Numbered from the stretch's first letter, positions 46,417-57,232 are shown. The stretch: 64,000 nt of DNA from Candidatus Nanoarchaeia archaeon (GCA_028714375.1 JAQTMK010000002.1:21812-85811); one strand, 5' to 3'. Made by a program: numbers and translations. Notes: generated by a model from the letters alone, not told the origin.

Positions 46417-47921
46417 ACATAGAAAAAATAAAAACAAACAAATATCTTATTTTATTAATTTTAATATTAGTTCTGGCCTTTTTCCTTAGGGTAAAATACT
46501 TTAATGCAAATGAAGGAGTTTGGTGGGATGAAGCAGAATATCTTAACATGGCTAAAAAATGGTCCCTCCACATACCATCTGATGTAAGTGATAAACGTCC
46601 AATCTTAATCTCCTTTATATTTTATTTGATGTATTCAATCGGATTAGGGGAAACTAGTTTCAGGATCTTAATGCTGCTCTTCTCTTTAGCCGGAGTTCTG
46701 ATGATGTATTTATTTACAAAAGAATTATTTCATAACAAAAAAACAGCGCTGATAGCGTCATTCATTTCAGCAGTATTTTATCTATCTTTATTTTATTGTC
46801 AAAGATTGCTTGTAGAATTCCCGTCTTTAACTCTAACAATCTTAGTTTACTATCTTTTCTGGAAAGGCTATATGAAAGACAAACCAAAATGTCTGTACTG
46901 GATGGGTTTTGTTTTAGCTCTGTCAGTTATGCTAAGGTTTACAGGAGGAATAGCAGCAATAATCATTTTCTTATTCATACTGATAAAAGATAGGCTAAAA
47001 ATAATTAAAAACAAACATCTTTGGATTACATTGTTGATCTTTATTTTAACCTTAACTCCTTACTTCATCTATTCATACAAAGCCTATGGAAATCCTATTC
47101 AATCCTTTATTACTTCTGGAGGTTCAGCAACAGTAGCAGAAACTGGGGGGGCATTTACTTTCTCAATGGGTCTAAAACAGTTAGGAACCTATTTGACATT
47201 CTTACCAGAATATACAAAAATCTTATTCTTTATCTTCCTTTTAATAGGATTATATAAATTACTGGATCTTGTGTTAGGATTTGACTTAATGTTAAAGGGC
47301 AAAGAAGATAAGAATTATTCTTATTTATTATTGGTTCTGATTTTTTTAATTCCATTAATATATTTCAGTTTCTTTGTAAACCACTTCGAAGATAGGTATG
47401 GTCTTTATATGGTGCCTACTTTATTTATTTTAGCTTCATTTGGGATAATTATCCTTTATGACTTAGTTTCAAAATACAGCAAAGAGCTTGCAGTAGTTAT
47501 CATTTTAATTATTCTCGCTGTAGGTGGCTATCAACAATACACAACTGCCGATTCTTTAATTAAAAGCAGAGCATCCAGTTTTGGTGCTTTAAATCCTGCA
47601 GGGAAATGGATTAAGGCAAATTCAAATCCAAATGATAATGTTGTAAGTGTAAACACTCAGATGGAACTCCAGTATTACTCTGAAAGATACACTCGTGGAC
47701 TTGGAAAAAATGAAACAGATGCAGTTGAATACATACAGAAAAACAAACCTAAATATTTGGTTGTTTCAGGATACTATCCTTCACAGGAATGGGAGTTTAA
47801 GTTTGTAGATTATTATACGGATCATCTAAAACCTGTAATGGCTTATGATTCAAACAGCCAAATAATAACAACGCAAGAACAAAAACCAATCCTAATTATT
47901 TATGAGATTCTTTATAATTGA
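46413..47921 (+). CDS. GT-C-fold membrane glycosyltransferase (ArnT/PMT_2-like, polyprenyl-phosphate-sugar dependent)
   Basis: Polytopic protein with a first-loop acidic motif VWWDEAEYLNMAKK and the overall ArnT/GT39/GT83-like architecture. Confidence 0.65.
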   Translation: MNIEKIKTNKYLILLILILVLAFFLRVKYFNANEGVWWDEAEYLNMAKKWSLHIPSDVSDKRPILISFIFYLMYSIGLGETSFRILMLLFSLAGVLMMYLFTKELFHNKKTALIASFISAVFYLSLFYCQRLLVEFPSLTLTILVYYLFWKGYMKDKPKCLYWMGFVLALSVMLRFTGGIAAIIIFLFILIKDRLKIIKNKHLWITLLIFILTLTPYFIYSYKAYGNPIQSFITSGGSATVAETGGAFTFSMGLKQLGTYLTFLPEYTKILFFIFLLIGLYKLLDLVLGFDLMLKGKEDKNYSYLLLVLIFLIPLIYFSFFVNHFEDRYGLYMVPTLFILASFGIIILYDLVSKYSKELAVVIILIILAVGGYQQYTTADSLIKSRASSFGALNPAGKWIKANSNPNDNVVSVNTQMELQYYSERYTRGLGKNETDAVEYIQKNKPKYLVVSGYYPSQEWEFKFVDYYTDHLKPVMAYDSNSQIITTQEQKPILIIYEILYN

Positions 47922-48980
47922 TCCAAACTTTTCCCTTGAACGTTCCCATTCAAATTGTTTGGCAAACTTAATCCCATTGTCTTCAAATCTTTTCCTTAAT
48001 TTAGAATCAATTAAAACCTTAATGATCTTCTCGCTTAGTTCTTTAACATTTCCATATTCATACAAAAATCCAGTCTCATCGTCTTTAACAGTCTCTTTTA
48101 AACCAGGAACGTTTGAATTGATGACAACAGTTCCAGAAGCACTCGCCTCAATAGCAGTCAAACCCCATCCTTCTTTCAAAGAAGTATTAACCAAAACCCA
48201 TGAAGAACCATAAATCTTAGATAGTTCTGGGTTAGGAATAAAACCTAAAAACTTAACAGAGTTTTCTAATTTAAGCTCCTTAACTAACCTCTTTAGTTCT
48301 TCTTCTTTATCTCCTCTCCCAACAATAAGTAACTTAGCGTTTTTGATCTTCTCCAAAACAAGGGGCATTGCCTTAATTAAAACAGGGATACTTTTATACT
48401 TATTTAATCTTCCAACAAAACAAATAGTTGGTTCTTTTGTTTTTTCTTCTTTCTTTAATCCATGATATTCGACTCCAGGATTAACAATTTCAATTTTATT
48501 TTTATTAAGTCCAAGTTTAACAAAATCCTCCTTAGAACTTTCAGAAATGGTAATAAATTTCATATTTTTATAGATTAATTTCATAATTCTTTTTTCAAAA
48601 AATCTTGGGAACCAGCCAATCCCTCTTCCTAGTTCTTTAAGATAAATGTCCCCTAGTTTATGGAAAAAAATTCCTATCTTTTTCTTTCCAATATACATTG
48701 GAGTTCCCCAAGGAACACCATTATAAGCCTCAACAACAAAATCATAGTTATTAAACAAATAATGGAAAAAAGCATAAAACACAACAGTTACCCTAGTTCC
48801 GTTCCTTATGAAATTAATATTGTCATATTTCTCTTTCTTCTTACATCTCTTGAACGCAGAACAATACCAATAAACTTCATTTTTCTCAGCCAAATTAGTA
48901 AATAAATTATGCAGGTATAGTTCAGCCCCTCCAGCGTCGGGGTTTTTTATATCTCTCCAGTTAAGCAATAATATTTTCAT
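47892..48980 (-). CDS. GT4 (GT-B fold) glycosyltransferase
   Basis: MKILLLNWRDIKNPDAGGAELYLHNLF and the C-terminal EGWGLTAIEASASGTVVINS (EX7E). Confidence 0.8.
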   Translation of the reverse strand: MKILLLNWRDIKNPDAGGAELYLHNLFTNLAEKNEVYWYCSAFKRCKKKEKYDNINFIRNGTRVTVVFYAFFHYLFNNYDFVVEAYNGVPWGTPMYIGKKKIGIFFHKLGDIYLKELGRGIGWFPRFFEKRIMKLIYKNMKFITISESSKEDFVKLGLNKNKIEIVNPGVEYHGLKKEEKTKEPTICFVGRLNKYKSIPVLIKAMPLVLEKIKNAKLLIVGRGDKEEELKRLVKELKLENSVKFLGFIPNPELSKIYGSSWVLVNTSLKEGWGLTAIEASASGTVVINSNVPGLKETVKDDETGFLYEYGNVKELSEKIIKVLIDSKLRKRFEDNGIKFAKQFEWERSREKFGSIIKNLINN

Positions 48981-49743
48981 CTTTCAGATAAGAATAGCAG
49001 CTCTTGAAATCATATCCCTTGCTTAAGCACCATTGGATATATTTCTCAAGTATTTTTAAAATCCTGTCTCCTGTATTTTTTTTAATATAAAAAGGAACTT
49101 TTTGTGTAACCTTAACAAACTCCCATGGATGAAATCCTTCAACAATATAATCTAAATCATTCATTCTGGTCATAGCTTTGGCATAAATTAAACCTCCAAA
49201 ATTTCTAAAGGAAAAACCAAACAAAGGTAATCTAAAAAACCAAGATGTCCCCCAAGGCATTTCAATTATATCATCTTCCTTAAAGATTCTTCTGCTTTCA
49301 AAAAAGTGAAAATATCTTCCAGGAATAAAAACAGGATGCAAAGAACTGTCATAAACAAATCCAGCCTTACTCAACTGCTTAAATCCAGGACCATAACCTC
49401 TTGGAGCTCTGAATCCATAAATCTTTTTCTTGATTATTTTCTCAACCTCTTTTTTAGCATCGGTTAATCTTTTAGGCTCTTCAAATCTGTAATCATCAGA
49501 ATGGCTGTAACCATGGCATCCAATCTCATGTTTCTCAGATATTTCCCTAATCAAATCAGGATGTTTCCTGGCAAAATTCAAAGTAACAAAAAAAGTAGCT
49601 TTAATTTTATATTTATCCAATAAATCTAAAACTCTGATTAATCCCTGATAAGACTGTAGATACATCTCTTCCTCACTAATCTTAAGATTAAACTCTCTGG
49701 GTAAGTCAAATTCCTCAACATCAAAACTTAATAGTATATTCAT
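48961..49743 (-). CDS. Polysaccharide deacetylase (CE4 / NodB-homology domain)
   Basis: LSFDVEEF (DxE/TFDD-like motif 1) and IGCHGYSHSD (motif 2, HxxH). Start chosen at the internal Met (MNILLSF), which abuts the upstream GT2 stop. Confidence 0.7.
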   Translation of the reverse strand: MNILLSFDVEEFDLPREFNLKISEEEMYLQSYQGLIRVLDLLDKYKIKATFFVTLNFARKHPDLIREISEKHEIGCHGYSHSDDYRFEEPKRLTDAKKEVEKIIKKKIYGFRAPRGYGPGFKQLSKAGFVYDSSLHPVFIPGRYFHFFESRRIFKEDDIIEMPWGTSWFFRLPLFGFSFRNFGGLIYAKAMTRMNDLDYIVEGFHPWEFVKVTQKVPFYIKKNTGDRILKILEKYIQWCLSKGYDFKSCYSYLKDENIIA

Positions 49744-50438
49744 TTCCCAAACCTCAGTTTTAAAATATTCAAAAGCATAGGCCAAACATAAACCATTTTA
49801 AATGTACTCCCTTCCATATGAAAGGTAGGAATAAACATCTCAAGCATCTTAGCTTTGTTCTGTTTAAGTTTGTATAATAACTCAACATCAAAACTAAAAT
49901 TCTTACAGATAAAATCAAAATCAATTTTTTCAAGAGCCTCTCTTCTGAAAAATTTAGCTCCTGCCTGTGTATCTCTCACGTCCAATCCAAATAATAACCT
50001 GACAAGCAAATTCCATGCACGGCTTGAGATTTTTCTGACAAAAGGCTCATCCACTCTCATAAATCCTTTGTCTTTCCATTTCGAAGCCATAACAACATCA
50101 TATCTGTCCAAAAACACAAGCATGTTCTTGACAGACTCTAAGTGGAATGCATCATCAGCATCAATATAACCAATATATTTAGTATTATCTTTAAGAGCAA
50201 TCTTAAGCCCCTCTAATACAGCACCACCTTTACCCAATGCTTCAGGAAAGATAATGTAATTAAAATTTTTATGTTCTTTTTTCCATTCTTTGTAAACTTC
50301 AACACTTGGATCCTTACTTCCATTATCAACAACTAAAACATTAATACTATCACCGAAAAACCTGTCCAGAGATCTTAGAGTCCTGCCTATTCTTTTCTCT
50401 TCATTGTGTGCCGGTATTATAAATGTGTATTCAGCCAT
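49740..50438 (-). CDS. GT2 glycosyltransferase, dolichyl-phosphate sugar synthase-like
   Basis: FIIPAHNEEKRI ... VVDNGSKDPS ... IDADDAF (DxD). Confidence 0.8.
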   Translation of the reverse strand: MAEYTFIIPAHNEEKRIGRTLRSLDRFFGDSINVLVVDNGSKDPSVEVYKEWKKEHKNFNYIIFPEALGKGGAVLEGLKIALKDNTKYIGYIDADDAFHLESVKNMLVFLDRYDVVMASKWKDKGFMRVDEPFVRKISSRAWNLLVRLLFGLDVRDTQAGAKFFRREALEKIDFDFICKNFSFDVELLYKLKQNKAKMLEMFIPTFHMEGSTFKMVYVWPMLLNILKLRFGK

Positions 50439-51675
50439 GTTTGGTAGTTCCTGCGAGTATGACCATCACTAAAAATAACAAGGTCATCAGCCCAAGCATT
50501 ATGTTAACTACCACCCCTATTGTTCCATGGAACAGCCATATTAAGGCAGTTTCCAATACAACAAACCCCAGCAGAATATAAATAAATTTGTATTTTTTAA
50601 TAGATAATAAGTAGAAGCTAATTATATATATCAGGGAAAACAAAGTCATTATAATCCCAAAATATCCCAGATAACCTGCAACTCCAAAATAATCTTTTCC
50701 ATAAAGCAATCCAACTGAAAACTCTGGAAATAAAAAGTAAAACAAAGTAACAGGAACTCCAAACAATAAAACCAATCCTAATGATTTATATAATAAACTT
50801 TTAGAAGCTTCTTTGGCCTCAAACATCTCAGATGCTTTTGGAAACATAACCATACTCACACTCAAGGTTCCGAAGAAAATAATTTTTCCAAGCAAGGATA
50901 AAGCAACATAAAAACCTGCTTCAGTTGCACTTAGAAAGTGTTTAACCAGTACAACATCAATTGTATAAAGCAAAGTCAGTAAAACCAAAGAAAAGAAAAC
51001 ATAAACGCTATAATTATAAACTGCTTTCGTATCTATCTTTATTTTTGGTAACTTAAACAATTTCCTCAATGGTAAAAGAGCAATTAAAAATGCAGCAATA
51101 TAGGAAAAAGTGATTGCTAAGACAGCCCCATTAACTTTCCATCCAATATAAATAAGTAATATCCCAAAAAAGATTTTAGTTAAACCTTCAAAAACATAAC
51201 TTAACCCTAATTTTTTAAAGTTCTGTAATCCTTGTAGTATTCCTCTGTTAACTGCAATTCCAAAGGATAAAAACAAAAATGTTCCGGTAATAAAAACAGG
51301 CAAAACCTCAGATATATTCAGAAATTTAGCGATGAATGGGCTTAGTGCAAAATAAATCAGAGTCAATATTAATCCGTAAAATGACAATTTCTTTAATGAA
51401 TGCGCAAATAAGTATGATAATTTCCCTTCTTCGTTTTTAAATTCAGATGAAAATTTAGTCATACTTGTCTGAACCACAGTTAAAATAATATTAAACAGGT
51501 AAAGTATTGATAATAAAACTCCAAAAGTACCATAATCTTCAGGTCCTAATTTTCTTCCAGCAAAAAAATGAAAAACATAACCTAAAATATTAAGCAGCAT
51601 AAGTGAAGAAAATAAAATAAAATTATCTCTAAGAATCTCTTTTTCCATAATTTTCTTGAAAATCATACGAACCAT
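50431..51675 (-). CDS. MOP-superfamily oligosaccharide flippase (Wzx/AglR-like)
   Basis: Protein of 414 aa with about 12 TM segments. The N-terminus (FILFSSLMLLNILGYVFHFFAGRKLG) is Wzx-like. Confidence 0.7.
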   Translation of the reverse strand: MVRMIFKKIMEKEILRDNFILFSSLMLLNILGYVFHFFAGRKLGPEDYGTFGVLLSILYLFNIILTVVQTSMTKFSSEFKNEEGKLSYLFAHSLKKLSFYGLILTLIYFALSPFIAKFLNISEVLPVFITGTFLFLSFGIAVNRGILQGLQNFKKLGLSYVFEGLTKIFFGILLIYIGWKVNGAVLAITFSYIAAFLIALLPLRKLFKLPKIKIDTKAVYNYSVYVFFSLVLLTLLYTIDVVLVKHFLSATEAGFYVALSLLGKIIFFGTLSVSMVMFPKASEMFEAKEASKSLLYKSLGLVLLFGVPVTLFYFLFPEFSVGLLYGKDYFGVAGYLGYFGIIMTLFSLIYIISFYLLSIKKYKFIYILLGFVVLETALIWLFHGTIGVVVNIMLGLMTLLFLVMVILAGTTKHG

Positions 51676-52667
51676 ATCAATGCTCCAAAGAATAATTCAA
51701 TCAAGATAACAAATAAAGTAACCTGTTTTTCAGTAAATCTTCCAGTCCTTGTAAATATGTGTGGTAATGAATAAATCTTATCGTAATAAGATTTAACTTT
51801 CCCATTTAAATAATAACCATAACTCTTTGTGTTAAATTTAGCTCTTAATTTTAATAAAAATTCTATGAAAAAGGGTATTGAAACAATGATTGCAGCTTTC
51901 TCTATATCTCCCACAATAGCAACCACAGCTAAAGTAGCACCAATCATGTAGGTTAATGAATCTCCCGGTAAGATTTTAGCAGGATATTTATTAAAAATAA
52001 AAAATCCAATCAAAGAAACAAATACCATAAGAGCAATCAAAGCAGCAAGATAACTATGATTAACAAAAGCAAACAACCCCAGGGAGCCAATTGCAATAAT
52101 ACCTAACCCGGCCTCCATTCCATTAAAACCAGCAAGCATGTTAACCATATTAGAAGCACCGATAAATCCTAAAGGAATAAACAGTAAAGGATAGAGCATT
52201 CCGACATCAACTCTTCCAATAAGTGGCAAAGCCATAATTGTCTGCCCCGCTCCGATAATCATCAAAGGTACTGCAGCAGCCAAAGTTAAAATTGGTTTTT
52301 GCCACTGTTTTAATCCAGCAGAACTCTCATGATCTTTTCTGATAAACAAATCATCAACAAAACCAATAAACGTAACTATGAATATTGAAAACATTGAAGC
52401 GAACAATATCATTAAATCTTGTAAGTCTAATATGATGCCTGAATCTCCTGGGAAAAAAAATTTTCTTAAAAATATGAATAACATTAATCCACCCAAAGTT
52501 CCTGCTGCAACAGCAAGACCTCCAGAAAGGGGAACTAAGGGGGTATTTTCCTTATTCATGTCCTTAACAACCAATCCGATCCTTCTAAGATACCTAATTA
52601 AAAAAGGAGTAAAAATTATAACTATTAAAAAAGCGATTGCTGCACACAGAAAAGCAATATATTTCAT
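51663..52667 (-). CDS. aglH: MraY/WecA-family polyprenyl-phosphate GlcNAc-1-phosphate transferase (AglH-like; first step of N-glycan assembly)
   Basis: Polytopic protein with the conserved FIGFVDDLF aspartate motif and MraY/WecA-like topology. Confidence 0.75.
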   Translation of the reverse strand: MKYIAFLCAAIAFLIVIIFTPFLIRYLRRIGLVVKDMNKENTPLVPLSGGLAVAAGTLGGLMLFIFLRKFFFPGDSGIILDLQDLMILFASMFSIFIVTFIGFVDDLFIRKDHESSAGLKQWQKPILTLAAAVPLMIIGAGQTIMALPLIGRVDVGMLYPLLFIPLGFIGASNMVNMLAGFNGMEAGLGIIAIGSLGLFAFVNHSYLAALIALMVFVSLIGFFIFNKYPAKILPGDSLTYMIGATLAVVAIVGDIEKAAIIVSIPFFIEFLLKLRAKFNTKSYGYYLNGKVKSYYDKIYSLPHIFTRTGRFTEKQVTLFVILIELFFGALIWFV

Positions 52668-52701
52668 CAGATTAAAGCCAAAACCAATTTTAAAAAGATT
52701 T

Positions 52702-55323
52702 CTATTGAACTCCTTCAGGGAAATAATTTGCCAGATACATGGTTCTTAGCTCATCGCTAATACTATATCCATCCGGATAATTGATTTTCCATACCTTTGT
52801 AGGTCCGATAATTCTTCCATTATAGTATGCCAAAGGAACCCCCAAAGATTCATCATTATAAACTAACTTGAATGCAGGAGTTTCCTGTTCAAATAAGTAT
52901 AATCTTCCAAAGTTTCCTTTCATAACTTTATTAGACATATATAATAGAGCTCCGATCCTGTCTCCTTGAGTTCCATCAATCTTAGTTATATATCTTAAGC
53001 ATCCTCCGATTGGACTTTCAATATCAAGCTTATAAATCTGTTTTTCAAAGTAGATACAATTAATCGGAACATTATATTGTTTATTATTATATATCACAAA
53101 AGCATAAGGAATCCCGGTAAATGTGACGTTCCCATCTGTGTTTACACTTATTGGAACTAAAAATCCTCCAATACCAGCACCAAATCTGGGCAATAAAGTA
53201 TCATCAATAATTATATCCTCATCTATAGCAGTCCCACCCAAATAAACATAGCTGGTTTCATTTCTTGTTTCTTGAGTCTTAGTTCTATCAATAACAAAAG
53301 AACTAATCTGAGTATACCTATCAAAGTCCTTATTAGATCCGATTGATGAAAATGCAGGGTATTTTCCAATCTCATCACTAACCATTAAAAGATAACTTGC
53401 ATTGTGGGCATATAAAAATTCTAAAGATTCAGAATCATTCTGTCCAGTTATTACATTTCTCCCCATAAAATAGTTCCATGAACCTATCGCATTTCCTCCA
53501 TCAGTTACTGTGGCTCTTTCTCCACCGGTTTGCACCCAATATCCATAATCCCACCAATGGGCAAAGACAGCATCTTTTGGAGTATTTTCTCTTACCCACT
53601 GCATAGCATACTGCCACTGTCCATTATAGATTGGTCCAGTAACTTTAGCGATACTGATATCATCTTTAGCATAAGTAATAAATGGATTTATCATTAAAAT
53701 TAAGATTAAACCAATTGCTAAAATTTTATAATTTTTATTTTTAATTTTTTCATTTGCAAACAAAATTCCTTCATACAATAAATATGCTACCAAAATGGCA
53801 ACTATTGGCGAGAATATGAATAATAATCTTACTGCTCTTAATGCAGCTAACAAAGTAATTATAAACCATATCAAAACAAAAACATAAGACTTAGAACTTT
53901 CAAAGATTTTTCCAAATTCTTCTTTATTACTCTTAAACAATCTATAGTAACCATAAATTAAAAGTCCTAAAAATATTAATGTAGAACCAACAAGCAAGAA
54001 GATTGCCAGATTTGAGTGCCCATTAAGGGACGCAGCATCCATGGAGTATTTATGTATTCCAAACAAAACAATAAAAACTGTATAAGCAACAGTCAAATAA
54101 ATTTTTGATTTTAATTTTTTAACCAAATTCCAAAATAGCAAGATTGATCCGGCCATAAAAAATAAAGTAACCCAATTCCCATAGTTTCCAAGTATATCAC
54201 TAAAATAGGATTCATGGCTCTCTGCCACTGTTTTACTCCATCTGTCTTCCAGTGGATTAACAAGTTCATGGACTAATGCATGGGGTTTATCAATTATAAA
54301 TAAAGGATCAACAAAGACGGAAGCAAACAAAATCAATAATACTAATGATATAATTGTAATTAAAAATCCCTTTGGAAGTTTCTCAGTAATAGTTTCCTTA
54401 ATTTTGATTAACTTAGCTTCAAAGACAGTATAGTAAACTAAACCCATAAAAAATGCAACAAATGCGATACCAGATGTAAATGAAACCAATAAAGCAGTTA
54501 GGCTAAACTTCCCCAAAATTACAATTGGTAACATAACAATAAACCAAGAGGAGTAAAGTAAAAAGTCTTTTTTCTCAAATTTAAAGAATAATAGCGAAAC
54601 AATTACAAATAATCCTAATATCATATAAACAAAATTAACTCCCCCCCAAACCCTGCTTAGTATTCCAGTAGCAACTCCAGCCAAAGCACCAAACAAAATG
54701 TGCTTCCATGGTTTATCACTTTTATATCCGACAAAATAAAAGTAAAAAGTCATAAAAAAGAATATTGTTGCCATTGGCTCTTTATCTGCAACACCGGCCA
54801 TGGTCCTATAAAGAAATGTTGGAATTACAGCTAAAAATGCAGTTGCTATTAAAGCAATCTTATCATTAAATAACTTTCTAACCAATAAGAAGAAGAAAAT
54901 AAGTCCGATAACAAATGCGATTGGTGGATATAGATTAGCAGCTAACTCAATAGTCATGTTTGGATTAAATATGCTTAAAAATTTAAACAAGTAAACAATG
55001 GAATAACTTAAAAAGCTAAATTCCACTATGCTCGAGTATCCAATCGGAACATATCTCATATAGTCAACCGAGGGTAAACTTCCAGTTTCCAAAATAGTTC
55101 TCGAATATCTTAAAAATGCGAATGGATCTAAATCTGCAGTAATATATCCTCCGGTTGTCGCATCTTTTAATAAAGGCACATTAAGGGTTCTGATATAAAA
55201 ACCAAAAATTAAGATTGCAACTAAAATAACTATACTTATCCATAAATTATTCTTTTTTAAGTTCTTTAATAAATTTCTTTTCCTCTCTTCCACTATACTA
55301 GAACTATTTTCCAAGTCATTCAT
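52702..55323 (-). CDS. aglB: Oligosaccharyltransferase AglB (STT3 family)
   Basis: 873 aa, N-terminal 13-TM domain and a large C-terminal domain carrying the WWDYGYW catalytic-site motif (AVFAHWWDYGYWVQ). Confidence 0.9.
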   Translation of the reverse strand: MNDLENSSSIVEERKRNLLKNLKKNNLWISIVILVAILIFGFYIRTLNVPLLKDATTGGYITADLDPFAFLRYSRTILETGSLPSVDYMRYVPIGYSSIVEFSFLSYSIVYLFKFLSIFNPNMTIELAANLYPPIAFVIGLIFFFLLVRKLFNDKIALIATAFLAVIPTFLYRTMAGVADKEPMATIFFFMTFYFYFVGYKSDKPWKHILFGALAGVATGILSRVWGGVNFVYMILGLFVIVSLLFFKFEKKDFLLYSSWFIVMLPIVILGKFSLTALLVSFTSGIAFVAFFMGLVYYTVFEAKLIKIKETITEKLPKGFLITIISLVLLILFASVFVDPLFIIDKPHALVHELVNPLEDRWSKTVAESHESYFSDILGNYGNWVTLFFMAGSILLFWNLVKKLKSKIYLTVAYTVFIVLFGIHKYSMDAASLNGHSNLAIFLLVGSTLIFLGLLIYGYYRLFKSNKEEFGKIFESSKSYVFVLIWFIITLLAALRAVRLLFIFSPIVAILVAYLLYEGILFANEKIKNKNYKILAIGLILILMINPFITYAKDDISIAKVTGPIYNGQWQYAMQWVRENTPKDAVFAHWWDYGYWVQTGGERATVTDGGNAIGSWNYFMGRNVITGQNDSESLEFLYAHNASYLLMVSDEIGKYPAFSSIGSNKDFDRYTQISSFVIDRTKTQETRNETSYVYLGGTAIDEDIIIDDTLLPRFGAGIGGFLVPISVNTDGNVTFTGIPYAFVIYNNKQYNVPINCIYFEKQIYKLDIESPIGGCLRYITKIDGTQGDRIGALLYMSNKVMKGNFGRLYLFEQETPAFKLVYNDESLGVPLAYYNGRIIGPTKVWKINYPDGYSISDELRTMYLANYFPEGVQ

Positions 55324-55443
55324 TAGAATTAATCTAAAAGGTTTATTTAAATAATTTTCTAATCCTCAGGGGCATGTTTTTACTCAAAAAAAAGGTAACT
55401 GAATCATAATAATATTTATAAAGAAAAATAAGGGTCTAAGACT

Positions 55444-57231
55444 ATGAAAGCGGTAATCCTTGCAGGAGGGGAAACTATTAAAGAAAGAGGTAGAGAAATC
55501 CCTATAAGTCTAGTTGAAATCAATGGCAAAAAATTTTTAGAATATCAGATTACTTTATTAAAAAATAATTTCATTAATGAAATAATTTTATGTGTAAATT
55601 CCAAAAAAGAGATTGAAGATTATTTTGGGGATGGTTCAAGATTCGGAGTTAAGATCCACTATTCAGAAGAACCCACAGCATTAGGTACTGCAGGAGCAAT
55701 AAAAAAAGTATCATCTTTGATTGGAAATGAATCTTTTATAATTTTAAACGGAGATGTTTATATTCAGGATGGATTAGGAGAATTAATAATAAAACATAAA
55801 GAAAACAAAGAAAAGGAAAACATAATTCTAACAGTAAGCTATGTCCAGGTAGAAAATAGCAAAGCTTTGATGGCTGGATTAATAGATTCTAAGTATATAA
55901 TCAAAAGTTTACTAAAAGGAATAAACACGGAAGATCTAACAAATTCCGGAGTTTATATTGCAGAACCTTCTCTTCTTTCGTTCATCAGAGAAGATGAAAA
56001 AGTCTCATTGGAAAATCAGATATTTCCAATGTTGTATGAAAAAAAACTGGTAAATGGAGAAATGTTATATCCCAATTATTTTACAGACATAGGAACAATC
56101 GAAAGATTAAAAGGATTTAGAGAATATATTAAATGTCCAACAAAATCTATCCCAGTAGCAGAAATTTCTTTAGATGGAAATGAATTAAAATATATGAATG
56201 ATTGTTTAAACACAAATTGGATATCTTCTGCAGGAGAATATATCCGAAGATTTGAAGAAGAATTTGCAGAATTTTGTGACTGCAAACATGGAGTTGCAGT
56301 AAATAACGGAACCTCAGCCTTGCAGCTTGCTTTGGCCACCATTGGAATCAAAGAGGGGGATGAAGTTATTATTCCATCCCTGACATTTATAGCAACTGCA
56401 AATGCGGTTAGATATTGTAATGCTACCCCAATATTGGTAGATTCTGACAAAGAGACCTGGAATATGGACCCAAAGAAAATAGAAGAAAGGATTACTCCAA
56501 AAACTAAAGCAATCATCCCAGTTCATCTTTATGGGAATCCCTGTGATATGGAGTCTATAATTAATCTTGCAAGCAAGTATGGGTTATATATAATTGAAGA
56601 TTCTGCAGAAGCCCATGGTGCAGAGTTTATGGGAAGAAAAGCAGGGTCATTAAGCCATATTTCGTGTTTTAGTTTCTATGGGAATAAAATCATAACTACC
56701 GGAGAAGGTGGGATGTGTTTGACAAATAGTGAAGAACTTGCAGAAAGAATGAAATATCTAAGAGATCATGGTATGAAAAAAGAAAAAAGATACTGGCATG
56801 ATGAAATCGGATTCAATTTCAGGATGACTAATATGCAGGCAGCAATCGGTCTTGCCCAATTGGAAAAAATAAAAGAATTGATTAACCGGAAAATAAAAAA
56901 TGCCAATCACTATAATCAAAACTTAAAAGGAATAAATGGAATAACCTTACCTCCAACAACCAAAAATTCAAAAAATGTGTTTTGGATGTATACGATTTTA
57001 ATCGAGGATGATTTTCCATTATCAAAAGAAGAGCTTACGAGAAAATTAAAAGAACATGGAGTTGATACAAGACCAGCATTCTATCCTTTAAATCAGATGC
57101 CTCCCTATAAAACTCCTGAGTCCTTCCCGATTGCAGAAGAAATCTCAAGAAAAGGCTTAACACTTCCATCTTCAATTAAATTGACTGAAGAACAGATCAA
57201 TTATATCTGTAATATTATAAAAAACATTTAA
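55444..57231 (+). CDS. Bifunctional fusion: sugar-1-phosphate nucleotidyltransferase (N-terminal) and DegT/DnrJ/EryC1/StrS PLP-dependent sugar aminotransferase (C-terminal)
   Basis: N-terminus MKAVILAGGETIKERGRE...GTAGAIKK (NTP-transferase G-loop). C-terminal half NWISSAGEYIRRFEEEFAEF ... FSFYGNKIITTGEGG ... LRDHGM (DegT-family with the PLP-lysine). Confidence 0.8.
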   Translation: MKAVILAGGETIKERGREIPISLVEINGKKFLEYQITLLKNNFINEIILCVNSKKEIEDYFGDGSRFGVKIHYSEEPTALGTAGAIKKVSSLIGNESFIILNGDVYIQDGLGELIIKHKENKEKENIILTVSYVQVENSKALMAGLIDSKYIIKSLLKGINTEDLTNSGVYIAEPSLLSFIREDEKVSLENQIFPMLYEKKLVNGEMLYPNYFTDIGTIERLKGFREYIKCPTKSIPVAEISLDGNELKYMNDCLNTNWISSAGEYIRRFEEEFAEFCDCKHGVAVNNGTSALQLALATIGIKEGDEVIIPSLTFIATANAVRYCNATPILVDSDKETWNMDPKKIEERITPKTKAIIPVHLYGNPCDMESIINLASKYGLYIIEDSAEAHGAEFMGRKAGSLSHISCFSFYGNKIITTGEGGMCLTNSEELAERMKYLRDHGMKKEKRYWHDEIGFNFRMTNMQAAIGLAQLEKIKELINRKIKNANHYNQNLKGINGITLPPTTKNSKNVFWMYTILIEDDFPLSKEELTRKLKEHGVDTRPAFYPLNQMPPYKTPESFPIAEEISRKGLTLPSSIKLTEEQINYICNIIKNI

Positions 57232-57232
57232 A

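Noticed and set aside
56076-56526. Minus-strand ORFs inside the NTP-transferase-DegT fusion gene
   Set aside because: They are antisense shadow frames. The + strand frame has unambiguous DegT motifs.
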